From Planctomycetota bacterium (GTDB lineage Bacteria > Planctomycetota > Planctomycetia > Pirellulales > UBA1268), in NCBI GenBank assembly GCA_003669585.1, contig QWOQ01000005.1:458502-522501 (forward strand): a stretch of 64,000 nucleotides of DNA. Reading direction: 5' to 3'. A program made the position numbers and the translations under genes. A model generated the notes under the pieces. That model did no database searches, was not told where the DNA came from, and was given only the letters and a program-made list of their open reading frames with translations. Positions 17,983-28,607 of this stretch are shown here, in pieces. The stretch's first letter is position 1, and each line of letters begins with the position of its first letter.

Positions 17983-20043
17983 TCAGCGTTCGATGAGCGT
18001 CACCGGACTTCTCGCGACTTCCGGTTCTTCAAGCGATTTTGGAAGACCGAAACCGGAGACATACCATCCCTCCGGTAGCGACTGCATGGAGATGCCAGCA
18101 GATCCAAAATAACGTCGCACCATATCGAACTCGGGAAGCAAACTTCCATCAATTTTTTGCGTTCGAACGCTTCCTTCCTTGCCGTCTCCAAGAATGACAT
18201 TAAGCAACTGCGCGGTAACACTCTTTGATTTTGGCATTAAGCCTTTTCGTAACAGTTCGTACGTAGGACGAATCGTCTTTTCGGATCGACTGAAGGAGAT
18301 CATCGCCTTTGGCGACGACATGATTCGAGTGAGTTCTGTATTGGCGATTTCAAAATCCGTAACCCCAGCGAGGGCTTCAGGCCCACCGTTGGTTGAAAGC
18401 ACTCGCTCTAAAAAATCGCGGTGCGAGGCGATCAGGAGATGCCCATGGGCTACGGTTACAGCAGAATGCGGCAGGAGCCGTTCATCCTTCTCTCGAAGGC
18501 GATGATGTCCTTTGTTCTTCTTGTCTTCGGCATGATCCTCATGCTCAATCACACCTCCAGGAGTCTCTACTACTAAAATTGGCATTTCGTGTGAACGATC
18601 GATTAACTCCCAGACCACGTGCCCAGCAATGTCGATCTTTTGCATGTCAGGATCGGTCAACATGCTTTTGGCAACAGTCTCTGCAACGGTTTCTGGATCG
18701 ATTGTTTCGATAGCAAAAAGCAATCTTTCGCTATCAGTTCCCATCGGCTCTGCATAATCGCTGATCACTGTTACTCGAGTCCCGAGTCGTTCTACAAGAT
18801 CCTTCTCCACGTCGATCTGAGGACCGTCCGGATCTTCTTTGAGGCTTGCAATAACATCATCAAAGACACCCTTTTCACCAACAACATCATCGATAAGCGA
18901 TTCGGCTGAAGCGAATGCGGTCTTCATATCCCACTCCACGCTTGACCAGCTCGAAACATCTTGAGGAATCCATGGAAATGGATTGATCGCTTCCTGGTTA
19001 GGAAATCTCAGCATTCGTGCCGCCATGTCAAATCGATCGATTGCGTCTGACTCTCGGCCTGGCAGCGGTGGCGCATACACCATGGTTCGGTGTCTTACCT
19101 CATAGATTCCGTCGTCAAAGCTGACAAGACCGCCAGCAGCCTTGAGTACATCGAATCCCTGCCGCTTGAGAATAGCCGTGTAATCCGGACCTTTCCGTTT
19201 TTCGCGCGACGCATTCATTTTTTGAACGATTGTCAGATAGGAAAATGGATCAACAAACCATCGCAGATGCGCCGGCGTTTGAATGTTGTCATTTTTGCAC
19301 TGCTTCATGACGGCTTTGAATGACTCGAGAGTCTCGAGCGAATCCTTTCGGCCTGTCGCGAGCACTGAGAATGTCTGACTGACCGTTATGGGATCGTCGC
19401 CAACAAGAAGGATCGACGGGCCTGTTGCAAACGCTACTCGGCGCACTTTCGGCATTTTTTCAGCGGTATCGGGCGCCACTTCAAAGGCCGTAACTCCTGG
19501 CGGGGTTCCCAAAAGACGTTTTGCTCCGCGTGCGATCATGCGTTCCATAATGCCATCAACTACGGCCTTTGCCTCGGCTTCGTGACTGGTCGTATCAACC
19601 ATGAGCACCATCGCAAGTGTTCCAGGCTGCGACTCAATGAGCGCCAGAGCCATTTCTCCCCCCGGCACTTGCTCAAGATCCTCAAGTGTCAATTCAATCT
19701 TTCCAAGTCGTTCGTTTCCACTTTTTCGCAACTGATCGCGAAAACTATCCAAGAACGGTTTCATCACCGGGTCGAGAAGAAGTTGGCCGTATTGAGTTTT
19801 ATTGAAACTTTCCTTCAACGCTTCGGTACTTGGCACGCTGATCCACGCGCGGGTGGTCGTCGGAAAAACTCTTTCGCTTGGTTGAACACCAGCGGCCTCT
19901 GTGACGGCAATCGCGGCAAATGCACTCGTGAGAATCATGCATCCCAAAGACCATCTCATCGGTATCCGATTTTTCGGAAGATGCCTGTTTTTTTCAAACC
20001 GAATACTTTTTGCGACCACGATATGCTCCTTCAAAACCGACAC
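17983..20043 (-). CDS. Hypothetical secreted protein
   Basis: 686-aa ORF. The likely start is M29 (19959), giving the signal peptide MRWSLGCMILTSAFAAIAVTEAAG. I recognise no catalytic motifs. Confidence 0.6.
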   Translation of the reverse strand: MSVLKEHIVVAKSIRFEKNRHLPKNRIPMRWSLGCMILTSAFAAIAVTEAAGVQPSERVFPTTTRAWISVPSTEALKESFNKTQYGQLLLDPVMKPFLDSFRDQLRKSGNERLGKIELTLEDLEQVPGGEMALALIESQPGTLAMVLMVDTTSHEAEAKAVVDGIMERMIARGAKRLLGTPPGVTAFEVAPDTAEKMPKVRRVAFATGPSILLVGDDPITVSQTFSVLATGRKDSLETLESFKAVMKQCKNDNIQTPAHLRWFVDPFSYLTIVQKMNASREKRKGPDYTAILKRQGFDVLKAAGGLVSFDDGIYEVRHRTMVYAPPLPGRESDAIDRFDMAARMLRFPNQEAINPFPWIPQDVSSWSSVEWDMKTAFASAESLIDDVVGEKGVFDDVIASLKEDPDGPQIDVEKDLVERLGTRVTVISDYAEPMGTDSERLLFAIETIDPETVAETVAKSMLTDPDMQKIDIAGHVVWELIDRSHEMPILVVETPGGVIEHEDHAEDKKNKGHHRLREKDERLLPHSAVTVAHGHLLIASHRDFLERVLSTNGGPEALAGVTDFEIANTELTRIMSSPKAMISFSRSEKTIRPTYELLRKGLMPKSKSVTAQLLNVILGDGKEGSVRTQKIDGSLLPEFDMVRRYFGSAGISMQSLPEGWYVSGFGLPKSLEEPEVARSPVTLIER

Positions 20044-20338
20044 TTTTTTACGACTTATGCGTTTCTGAATTGTAGAGAACGTGCTTTACGCAACTCGTGA
20101 TGTCAGAAACACGTTTTCTATGCTTACGAAATAACTTATGAATTCTATCGATTCAATCGATGCCCCTTCGTGACACGAAGGTTCTCGTTGGTATCACTTT
20201 TCTCACACTCTGTTCACGAATCCAGCGAAGCTAAGAAAGATAGGCGAGTGTGGCATTTTTGGTCGATTCTCTCAAATCAAGAATCTTTCCTTTGCTCATT
20301 GGACTTCAAAACCAAAGGCAGCAGCTCGCGAAAGCCTT

Positions 20339-21697
20339 CTAGAATCGAATCCTGCAAAGTGTAACTACGCAGAAACTAGCAAAGAGCAGACCTGCGAAGG
20401 TGGTTTCCTGTCGAATGCCCATCATTGCGGCTCGATCGGCAACCCAGCCACACACCGCCGCTTCTGCAACAAGCAACACGGCAAACAGCAAGGCAAGCCC
20501 CTGTTGGGGATCGGTTGCTTTGAGGAACGCAAAAAGCAACAAGGGCCAGGTAACAATGGCCGCCGAGAGGATCGCCGTTCTCATACGCCACGAAGAACGC
20601 CTGATCACTCGTTGTTTCAATAAATTTCCAGAATTTTTTATTCCCTCTCGTGGTGCTAATCCCCATTTCGACACGTGCATTCGTGGCCAATCCTGAAATG
20701 AATGGGTCTGAAGCGTTACCAACGGGCCTACGACTGAGAACAGCACAAGCGACGATGCGACGCCGTAACGTTCCACTTGATGGGAATCAAGAAACAACCA
20801 CATTGACATTGCAATCAGTGCGGAAATCATGACAAGTCGATTCAGGCCAACACGCGCTGAGGATTCTGAAATTCCTCGTGCTTGTTCGATTTGTTCGCTC
20901 TGAACAGGCGACTCGATCCTTCCAAAAGAATGTCTCGCTTCATTCAGTGCGTCACTGTCAACAGTTTCTTCTCGTCGCTTTTGAAACAGTCTCGCTTGCC
21001 ACACACCAACCAACAGAAGAACCGTCACGCAGACAACCGATACAAAAAAACTTTCTGTAGGAATTACAGGGTTTGCAACATTCGTAAAAATGTGCGGCGC
21101 ATACGCAGTCGCAAGTGCCCCGAGCATTGCCATGCTCTTGATATCGGCAAGCGCAATTCCAAGACAGCGTCCTACGATCACGTAACTATTGGTAAGAATC
21201 AGAGCAACTGAGAAAAGTACAATCGCTCCAAGACTCTCCCTGGGCGAACTGTTTGTGAACACGGGTGTTATAAAAAATATTCCCCATACACATCCAATCG
21301 GCCAGAGCATTCTCTCGATCGACCAGATCGCTATCGTTTTCCAGTTGAATCGCGTTCTTAATGAGCCACGATGATTTTCAGAATATTGAGTATGCAGGGG
21401 CAGCGGGAGGCTCCCGAGTGATATCAGGCCCGCCCACGATCCGGCGATCCAGAAAAAACCGCTCGTGTTCAAAACTATTTCAGCTGCTTTGTCCCCAACG
21501 ATTGCATGAAACCACCATGCAAGACCTGCCACCATGAATGCCATTGCTACTGCCAGCCACGACGATACTCGCCGCGAATCGATGCGTACAAGAAGAACCC
21601 ACAGAAGAAAATATTCTCTCGGCAGACTTCGATCCGACCGCGACTGCGTCTTTCCATCAACACGATCGATTCTCGCAAAGGCGGATCTGTGTCGCAT
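20339..21697 (-). CDS. Hypothetical polytopic membrane protein
   Basis: 452-aa ORF with about 10 hydrophobic segments, for example FMVAGLAWWFHAIV, FFWIAGSWAGLISLGSL and AIVLFSVALILTNSYVIV. No recognisable family. Confidence 0.6.
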   Translation of the reverse strand: MRHRSAFARIDRVDGKTQSRSDRSLPREYFLLWVLLVRIDSRRVSSWLAVAMAFMVAGLAWWFHAIVGDKAAEIVLNTSGFFWIAGSWAGLISLGSLPLPLHTQYSENHRGSLRTRFNWKTIAIWSIERMLWPIGCVWGIFFITPVFTNSSPRESLGAIVLFSVALILTNSYVIVGRCLGIALADIKSMAMLGALATAYAPHIFTNVANPVIPTESFFVSVVCVTVLLLVGVWQARLFQKRREETVDSDALNEARHSFGRIESPVQSEQIEQARGISESSARVGLNRLVMISALIAMSMWLFLDSHQVERYGVASSLVLFSVVGPLVTLQTHSFQDWPRMHVSKWGLAPREGIKNSGNLLKQRVIRRSSWRMRTAILSAAIVTWPLLLFAFLKATDPQQGLALLFAVLLVAEAAVCGWVADRAAMMGIRQETTFAGLLFASFCVVTLCRIRF

Positions 21698-21745
21698 AAA
21701 AGTTCTGCGGTGCGTCAGAAACAGTGTTCATCGATCACTGCACGT

Positions 21746-22978
21746 CTATTGGGGTTCTCGTGGGGATCTCGGTCGCAAAGCCCCTTGAACCCGCAGCGGA
21801 AGTCCCAGGATCCGAAGGAATCCTTCTGCGTCACTCTGATCGTATGAACCCCCTCCTTCCATGGAAGCAATCGCAGCGTCATAAAGACTCATGGGGCTCG
21901 AACGACTTTTCACCATGATGTTTCCTTTGTACAGATTGAGTTCGACAGTCCCGGTTACCGGCTGTTGAGCTTGCCGAATGAATGAGAACAACGCATCCAT
22001 TTTTGCGCAAAACCAAAATCCGTAATAGACTGACTCAGCGACTTCACCTGAGAGCCGGTCTCGAAGATGCACGAGATCTCTGTCGAGCGTTATCTGTTCA
22101 ATCAATCGGTGCGCCTCGTAAAGAATCGTCATTCCGGGGGCCTCGTAGACACCTCGGCTTTTCATTCCGACGAGACGATTTTCAACAATATCGGATCGCC
22201 CAATACCGTTGCGGCCTCCAATAGTGTTGAGCGCGAGCACTATTTCATGCGCTGAGGCCTTGTTGCCATTCACTGCCACAGGTATGCCCGATTCAAAATG
22301 GATCGTTACCGTTTCCATTCGGTCAGGTGCCTCTTGGGGAGAAACGGTCATGCCGAAATCAACCAATGCAAAACCATCGGTGTTTAAGTCTTCGAGTTGT
22401 CCTGCTTCGTAGCTGGTATGGAGGCAGTTCTCGTCGGAACTGTACGGCTTGCTGTGCGAAGCCTTTACCGCGATATGATGCCGCTCACAAAATGCAAGCA
22501 TTTCGGTTCGGCCTGGAAACAGATCGCGAAATTCCTTCATTCTCCAAGGAGCAAGCACCGAAATTGAAGGGTCAATCGCCTCAGCTGCTAGTTGAAATCG
22601 ACATTGATCATTTCCCTTTCCCGTCGCGCCATGAGCAAAGACTGTGGCTCCCTCCCGGTGCGCTCTATCAACACAGATTTTGCTAATCAGCGGCCTGGCA
22701 ATCGAGGTTCCAAGAAGGTATGTGTTTTCGTAACGAGCCTGCCACTGCATGACTGGAAACGCATAGTCGCGACAAAGCTCCTCACGAGCATCAACGAGTT
22801 CTGCTGATATCGCGCCGCAGGACAACGCCTTCGCAAGAATTGCTTCGCGGTCTTCGCAGGGCTGACCGAGATCAACATAGACCGCAATGATTTCATAGCC
22901 CTTTTCGATGAGCCATCCAAGAATCACAGAGGTATCCAAACCACCCGAGTACGCGAGCACGCATTTCGTCATAACCAT
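21746..22978 (-). CDS. argG: Argininosuccinate synthase
   Basis: 410-aa ORF with the N-terminal ATP-binding motif VLAYSGGLDTSV, plus GATGKGNDQCRF and the conserved ENRLVGMKSRGVYE. Confidence 0.95.
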   Translation of the reverse strand: MVMTKCVLAYSGGLDTSVILGWLIEKGYEIIAVYVDLGQPCEDREAILAKALSCGAISAELVDAREELCRDYAFPVMQWQARYENTYLLGTSIARPLISKICVDRAHREGATVFAHGATGKGNDQCRFQLAAEAIDPSISVLAPWRMKEFRDLFPGRTEMLAFCERHHIAVKASHSKPYSSDENCLHTSYEAGQLEDLNTDGFALVDFGMTVSPQEAPDRMETVTIHFESGIPVAVNGNKASAHEIVLALNTIGGRNGIGRSDIVENRLVGMKSRGVYEAPGMTILYEAHRLIEQITLDRDLVHLRDRLSGEVAESVYYGFWFCAKMDALFSFIRQAQQPVTGTVELNLYKGNIMVKSRSSPMSLYDAAIASMEGGGSYDQSDAEGFLRILGLPLRVQGALRPRSPREPQ

Positions 22979-23026
22979 CCACTCCCGCTCTGTTTCTGTT
23001 TTTTTGACTCGATTTGTTTCACGCGA

Positions 23027-24499
23027 TCATACCTCGTGCACAAGCGCCATGTTGTGCCCACCGGTTCCAAATCCAATACCCGCGACGAGGAGAATACGGT
23101 CGCCTCGCGTCAGGCGTCCTTCTCGAAGCCCCCACGAACTCACGTAATTGAGCAGCTGGTTCGCGTCGAGTGAATCGACTCCGGCCAACGGCGTGACTCC
23201 CCAATAGAGTGCCATTTGTCGAAGGGTTGTAACATTATCACTGACTCCGATTGTGGGTACGCCGCTTCTTAACTTTGAGAGCGACTGTGCAGTGATGCCG
23301 CTTCGACTCGCAACCACAATTAATCGGGCGTCAAGTTCTCTTGCAATTTTGCTTGCACCATCGACCACCGCCTGCGTGATCGGATGAAGCCCTTCAACGA
23401 GTACCTCAGGGGATGTGGAGCCACCTGCAGAGCGGCTCGAGAGATATTGAGCTTCGGTTGCCATCGCAATGCGACGCATCATTTCCACCGTCAGTCGGGG
23501 GTGCTCTCCGATCGCAGTTTCTCCAGAAAGCATGCAGGCATCACAACCGTCGAGGATTGCGTTGGCAACGTCTGTTGCTTCAGCTCGTGTTGGTCGGCGC
23601 GAGTGCTGCATGCTGTCGAGCATCTGCGTCGCAACAATCACTGGTTTTTGATAACGCTGACACATTGTCACCACTTTTTTCTGAAGCATCGGCATGACTG
23701 CGACATCGACTTCAACTCCGAGATCACCTCTTGCTACCATCACAACATCGGCCGCATCAACGATCGAGGAAAGATTGTCGATTGCTTCTCGTTTCTCAAT
23801 TTTCGCAACAACGCGCGCTCTTGACCCATGAGTACGAAGGAGTTCTTTCAGAAGTCTCACTTCAACAGCGGTTCGAACAAACGAGAGGCTCACGAAATCT
23901 GCCTGCACTGTTGCCGCCCATTCGGCATGCTGCCAGTCGACCGGGCTCATCGCCTGCACTGAGAGTTTGGCTCCTGGAAGATTCACTCCCTGCCGACTGC
24001 GCACCGTGCCAGACTGAATAACTCTGCATGTTGCTTCAGTGGTGGATCGGCTCTCGACAACAAGGCTGATCGTGCCATCAGCAAGCATGACCGAATCACC
24101 CACTGAGAGTTCATCGACGAGTCGCTCGTAGGTCGTGACAAACTCTTCCGGTGAGTTCGAGCAAGTTCCTCTTACAAATCGCTTCAGATCCCCCTCGATG
24201 CACTCCACCGCGCCATTCGGCAACTCACCAAGTCGAATCTTTGGTCCTGCAAGATCCACCAGTACGCCGACTGGACGGAACAAACTTTCAGAAATTCCGC
24301 GAATGCGTGTGAGCGATTCTTCGTGCTCTGCAATCGAACCATGCGCCATATTAATTCGGAAAACGTCGACACCCGCACGGATGAGTTCCTCAATCATATG
24401 TTCGCTGCGGCACGCAGGACCGACAGTAGCGACGATTTTGGTGCGAACAATCGAGGCGGCTGATTCAGAAAAAGAAACAAGGGGGGATCGATTCGTCAT
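23027..24499 (-). CDS. pyk: Pyruvate kinase
   Basis: Motifs TKIVATVGPA, VFRINMAHG, KIEKREAIDNL, MVARGDLGVE and ATQMLDSM. The start is taken at the ATG at 24497-24499; the track ORF extends to a GTG at 24565. Confidence 0.93.
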   Translation of the reverse strand: MTNRSPLVSFSESAASIVRTKIVATVGPACRSEHMIEELIRAGVDVFRINMAHGSIAEHEESLTRIRGISESLFRPVGVLVDLAGPKIRLGELPNGAVECIEGDLKRFVRGTCSNSPEEFVTTYERLVDELSVGDSVMLADGTISLVVESRSTTEATCRVIQSGTVRSRQGVNLPGAKLSVQAMSPVDWQHAEWAATVQADFVSLSFVRTAVEVRLLKELLRTHGSRARVVAKIEKREAIDNLSSIVDAADVVMVARGDLGVEVDVAVMPMLQKKVVTMCQRYQKPVIVATQMLDSMQHSRRPTRAEATDVANAILDGCDACMLSGETAIGEHPRLTVEMMRRIAMATEAQYLSSRSAGGSTSPEVLVEGLHPITQAVVDGASKIARELDARLIVVASRSGITAQSLSKLRSGVPTIGVSDNVTTLRQMALYWGVTPLAGVDSLDANQLLNYVSSWGLREGRLTRGDRILLVAGIGFGTGGHNMALVHEV

Positions 24500-24739
24500 A
24501 AGTGGTCGATTTTCTTTGGGTCGAAAGCAAGCAGGGGGGCGATTGGAGTGTGGCGGGATTGTCACGCTGCGGTATTTGATTTCGATTGTGGCACGTTGAA
24601 CCGTAGCGTAACGATCTCTTACGATTTATTGGAAGAGCCTCACGTTGATCGGTACACTTTGCCCGACATACGTTGAATTCATTTCTGCTTCGGGCGGTCC
24701 AATCACAATGAACAGAGTGATCCATCGTGCGAACTGAGT

Positions 24740-25600
24740 GTGACTGATTTTTTCATGACAGGATTACCAATGTGGAAAGATCGCTCTGTGCTGATTGCCG
24801 GCGGCACCGGTGGATTTGGCCTCGTTCTCTCGCAGGTTCTCGCGGCGAGAGGATGCGTTCTCACCATTGTCGGCCGATCTCCAGAGCGCCTTCTCGCCGC
24901 TTGTGAGAAAATTCGTTCACTTCATCCCGGATCGCAAGTCGTTGGATTGTCTGGTGACCTATCACAGGAAGCAGACTGTCAGCGCATCGTTGACGCGTGC
25001 CGCACGGCTCAGGGACGAATCGACGATGTGTTCATGTGCACCGGCCGCTCGGGTCGAGGTCTTTTGCTCAATGCCGGGGTCATGGAGATCAGCCAGTCGC
25101 TGGTGGACAATCTTCATCCAGCTCTTCACATCACCAGACAAACCGCAACAGACTTGATGAGCAGCCGAGGTCATCTTGTCTATATGGGATCGCTTTCTGG
25201 AAAACTCGTCACACCTTTCATGGGCGTCTACTGTGTCGCCAAGTCGGCACTTGCTGCCTACGTTGACGGAGTGCGATTGGAACTCGGACCTCGTGGCATC
25301 CATGTTCTTTTAGTTTCTTGCGGACCGATTCAGCGATTCGATGCGATTGATGGCAAAAGCCGCTATGACCTATCGGTAAGCAAGGAAGGGCTTCCCGTCG
25401 ATGCGGCTCTGGCGGGAGGAGGAGTGCGTCTTGCCGCGATCAATCCGGACTGGCTTGCTGAAAAAATACTCGATGCATGTCGCGACCGAAAAATAGAACT
25501 GGTCGTGCCACGGCAAGCAGCGTGGCTTGCAGGGCTGATCGAATTATTTCCTTCGCTCGGACGTGCAATTCTTTTTCGTAAGACTCGAAAACGGAGCTAG
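24740..25600 (+). CDS. Short-chain dehydrogenase/reductase (SDR) family oxidoreductase
   Basis: Cofactor motif IAGGTGGFGLVL (TGxxxGxG) and catalytic YCVAKSA (YxxxK). The start could be the GTG at 24740 or the ATG at 24755. Confidence 0.8.
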   Translation: MTDFFMTGLPMWKDRSVLIAGGTGGFGLVLSQVLAARGCVLTIVGRSPERLLAACEKIRSLHPGSQVVGLSGDLSQEADCQRIVDACRTAQGRIDDVFMCTGRSGRGLLLNAGVMEISQSLVDNLHPALHITRQTATDLMSSRGHLVYMGSLSGKLVTPFMGVYCVAKSALAAYVDGVRLELGPRGIHVLLVSCGPIQRFDAIDGKSRYDLSVSKEGLPVDAALAGGGVRLAAINPDWLAEKILDACRDRKIELVVPRQAAWLAGLIELFPSLGRAILFRKTRKRS

Positions 25601-25727
25601 ATTTTGACAGTCTCATGCATTGTCGCACGGCTCGGTGTATAAAATTCGCCGTGTGCGTCAGCACCCAGACTCCAGTCGCACTCTCTCAAGAAACTTTTTC
25701 AGAATTATTTTAGTCACGGAGAACTTT

Positions 25728-27050
25728 ATGGCGGAAGTGAAAGAAGCGTTTCCAGAGATCGGCCCAATTCGTTACGAGGGCCCTTCAAGCAAGAACATGC
25801 TCGCATTTCACCACTACAATGCCGACGCGCTCGTTGAGGGTGTAACGATGCGAGATCATCTTCGCTTCGCAGTTGCCTACTGGCACACGTTTCGCGGTAC
25901 TGGCAGCGATCCGTTCGGATCTCCAACCATGATCCGTCCTTGGGAAACCGCCGGCGATCCGCTGACCGTGGCCCTCAACCGCACGCATGTCGCGTTCGAG
26001 TTCATGGAAAAACTCGGTGTGGGCTTCTACTGTTTTCACGATCGCGACGTTGCTCCAGAGGGGCGCACGCTTGCCGAAAGCAACTCAAACCTCGACGCTG
26101 TTGCCGACCTTCTCGAGTCGCATCAAAAACGTTCTGGTATTCGTTTGCTCTGGGGGACTGCCAATCTCTTTAGTCATCCTCGTTACGTTCATGGTGCCGC
26201 CACCAGTCCAAACGTGGAATCTTTTGCTTATGCAGCAGCTCAAGTGCGAAAAGCAATTGAAGTCACGCACAGGCTCAACGGTGCCGGCTACACGTTTTGG
26301 GGTGGCCGAGAAGGGTATCAATGCCTCTGGAACACCGACATGAAACGTGAGGTCGATCATCTCGCTCGCTTCATGCACATGGCTGTTGATTACGCAAAGC
26401 AGATTGGTTTCACCGGACAATTCTATTTCGAACCAAAGCCGCGGGAACCTACGAAGCATCAGTACGATTTTGATGCAGCCACCTGCATTAACTTTCTTCG
26501 AACGTACGGTCTTGAAAAGCACATCAAGATGAACTTGGAAACCAATCATGCCACGCTGGCTGGGCACGAGATGCAGCACGAACTCGAGTATGCCGGCATG
26601 CAAGGCTTTTTGGGTTCTATCGATGCCAACACGGGCGACACACTGGTGGGATGGGACACCGATCAATTCCCAACGAGCCTCTATCTGTCGACTCAGATCA
26701 TGTATACAGTCTTAAAATACGGTGGACTTACGCCCGGGGGTGTAAACTTCGATGCGAAGGTTCGTCGCGAAAGTTTTGAGCCAATCGATCTTTTTCATGC
26801 ACATATCGGCGGCATGGATGCTTTTGCCAGAGGACTCACTATCGCGGCGGCAATGCGGGCCGACGGCGCAGTTCAGAAGTTGCTTGACGAGCGTTACGCT
26901 TCGTGGTCATCCTCCATGGGCAAAGGTATTGAAGATGGTTCGGAGTCATTTGTGTCTCTGGAAAAGCAGATGCTGAAGAGTGGAGATGCCACGCCATGTT
27001 CAAGCGGTCGACAGGAACTCTTCGAAAATCTGATCAACACCTATCTTTGA
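25728..27050 (+). CDS. xylA: Xylose isomerase
   Basis: 440 aa from the ATG at 25728 ([18 protein letters not shown]). Motifs [33 protein letters not shown] and NHATLAGH are typical of XylA. The upstream 36 codons of the track ORF are judged non-coding. Confidence 0.93.
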   Translation: MAEVKEAFPEIGPIRYEGPSSKNMLAFHHYNADALVEGVTMRDHLRFAVAYWHTFRGTGSDPFGSPTMIRPWETAGDPLTVALNRTHVAFEFMEKLGVGFYCFHDRDVAPEGRTLAESNSNLDAVADLLESHQKRSGIRLLWGTANLFSHPRYVHGAATSPNVESFAYAAAQVRKAIEVTHRLNGAGYTFWGGREGYQCLWNTDMKREVDHLARFMHMAVDYAKQIGFTGQFYFEPKPREPTKHQYDFDAATCINFLRTYGLEKHIKMNLETNHATLAGHEMQHELEYAGMQGFLGSIDANTGDTLVGWDTDQFPTSLYLSTQIMYTVLKYGGLTPGGVNFDAKVRRESFEPIDLFHAHIGGMDAFARGLTIAAAMRADGAVQKLLDERYASWSSSMGKGIEDGSESFVSLEKQMLKSGDATPCSSGRQELFENLINTYL

Positions 27051-28561
27051 ACTGCTCCCAGAGCACAGGTCGAGAAGATTTTGACGGACTCCAATACATT
27101 TTTACTACGCCTCACCAAAGCAGACTGATTCTGCAGGCTGTCTGCATTCTTGTATGCCTTTGGGGCTGGCTCTCGGGAACAGTTTCTGGCCAGACCGAAG
27201 CGCTCTCGGCAGCGGCATGGAAGCTTGAAACAATTGAATTCACTGACGGCAGAAAACTCTATGGACTTCTTGAAGAGCGCGAGGATGGGGGAACTCTCTT
27301 CACTCAAGTCGTGCGGCCGGCCGGAAAGCCGATGTATCTGATTTCGTGGACTCAACTTGATCCCTCACGAATCGAGTCTGCCTCAAAGCTATCACCGGAA
27401 GACCACGCTGTTTTAGTTCGACGCGTAGAGACTTTTCGAGCACACCGCGACGTTCAGCGGGCTGCTGAAATGGAAGTGGATCTCGAGCGCACGGGTGAAG
27501 ATGGGCCTTGGATCTATCGCGGTTCATGGTTTGTGATGCAAAGTTCTGCTGATGTCCCTCTTACCCGAGAGGCTGTTGTTCGTCTCACTCAAGTTTTTGG
27601 AGCCCTTGAAAGCCTGATTCCACCCCGGCAGTTTCCTTCCGAGGTGCTCACTGTAAAGCTTTGCGGATCTGCTGCCCAATATCGGCGCGAACAGGATACG
27701 CTCGGGCTGGTCATCGATAATCCAGCTTTCTTCTCTCCAGCGCGTCATCTATTAGTTGCAGGAAGTGACGTGCCGGCATTGGTCCAGCACTATCACACTG
27801 CGCAAGAAAGCTTGGCGTCTTCACGACGGGCCTACGAGCAACTCGGACGCCAACTCGACGAACGATTGCGGGAACTTACACAGGATCTTGAGCGGCAGGG
27901 CGTTCCCAGTGCGCAGCGTTCCGAGATTGTTCGTCGTACCCGCAATCGCTCGCAACGAGAACAGTCCGAAGCCTTCACAAAACTTGACTCTGCAGAAAAC
28001 GAGAATCGACTGAGTCTTGAGTCTGCAAAAAAACGGTTTTTCTCTCGGCTCTACCATGAAGTCTGGCATGCGTACGCGGCAAGACACCTCACCGGAACAG
28101 CAGTGCAAGGATTGCCTCGCTGGCTCGACGAAGGACTCGCGCAGGTATTTGAGACCGCTCAATTAGAGTCGGGAGAGCTTCGTCTTGATGCTCCCGATTC
28201 GGTACGACTCAAAGCGTTGAAAGCAGATCTTGCTTCACCGCAACCACTTTGGTTGGCAAACGTGCTCTCTGCAGACGGATCACGATTTTTGGTCGGCCAT
28301 GCAGACTCCAAGTCCACAAGCGACCGTTTCTATCTATACTCGTGGGGATTAGCGCTTCACGTGGCCCTCCTTGATCCTATTCTCTCCGGAGAAAAACTGG
28401 CGGATCTCAGCGACCCGAAGTCTCGTCTTCCGGGTATCGTACGGTTTGAAAAACTCGTTGGAATGCCGCTTCAGGATTTTGAACGTTTGTGGAGAACGTC
28501 GATTACAAACCTCTCGGCTGGAAGCTCTCTCAGGCAGCCGGCTGTCGAGAACACTCCGTAA
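26996..28561 (+). CDS. Secreted DUF1570-like putative zinc metallopeptidase (HExxH)
   Basis: 521-aa ORF with a signal-like [22 protein letters not shown]. It carries the HExxH motif and downstream acid ([14 protein letters not shown]...[11 protein letters not shown]), as in the peptidase-MA/DUF1570 group. The ATG at 26996 overlaps the xylA 3' end by 55 nt, and an in-frame TTG near 27047 is an alternative, so the start is uncertain. Confidence 0.65.
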   Translation: MFKRSTGTLRKSDQHLSLNCSQSTGREDFDGLQYIFTTPHQSRLILQAVCILVCLWGWLSGTVSGQTEALSAAAWKLETIEFTDGRKLYGLLEEREDGGTLFTQVVRPAGKPMYLISWTQLDPSRIESASKLSPEDHAVLVRRVETFRAHRDVQRAAEMEVDLERTGEDGPWIYRGSWFVMQSSADVPLTREAVVRLTQVFGALESLIPPRQFPSEVLTVKLCGSAAQYRREQDTLGLVIDNPAFFSPARHLLVAGSDVPALVQHYHTAQESLASSRRAYEQLGRQLDERLRELTQDLERQGVPSAQRSEIVRRTRNRSQREQSEAFTKLDSAENENRLSLESAKKRFFSRLYHEVWHAYAARHLTGTAVQGLPRWLDEGLAQVFETAQLESGELRLDAPDSVRLKALKADLASPQPLWLANVLSADGSRFLVGHADSKSTSDRFYLYSWGLALHVALLDPILSGEKLADLSDPKSRLPGIVRFEKLVGMPLQDFERLWRTSITNLSAGSSLRQPAVENTP

Positions 28562-28607
28562 TATTTTGACTACATGCTCGACAATGAGCCTTCGTGTCTT
28601 TGTTCAT

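Noticed and set aside
17973-17992. Perfect 8-bp hairpin (CGAACGCT-ggtc-AGCGTTCG) between convergent genes
   Set aside because: No U-run follows on either strand, and it overlaps the last codons of the minus-strand gene. It is not called as a terminator.
25620-25727. N-terminal extensions in the ORF track for xylA. The same occurs for ilvD to 55363, guaB to 51453, surE to 59451, guaA from 59251, proC from 33536, the TolB-like gene from 31937 and pyk to 24565.
   Set aside because: The conserved protein N-termini begin at internal ATGs. The extensions are unlike the families and often overlap neighbouring genes or promoter regions.
26085-26666. 193-aa minus-strand ORF inside xylA
   Set aside because: It is antisense to an unambiguous xylose isomerase. 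It shows no independent start context or motifs.
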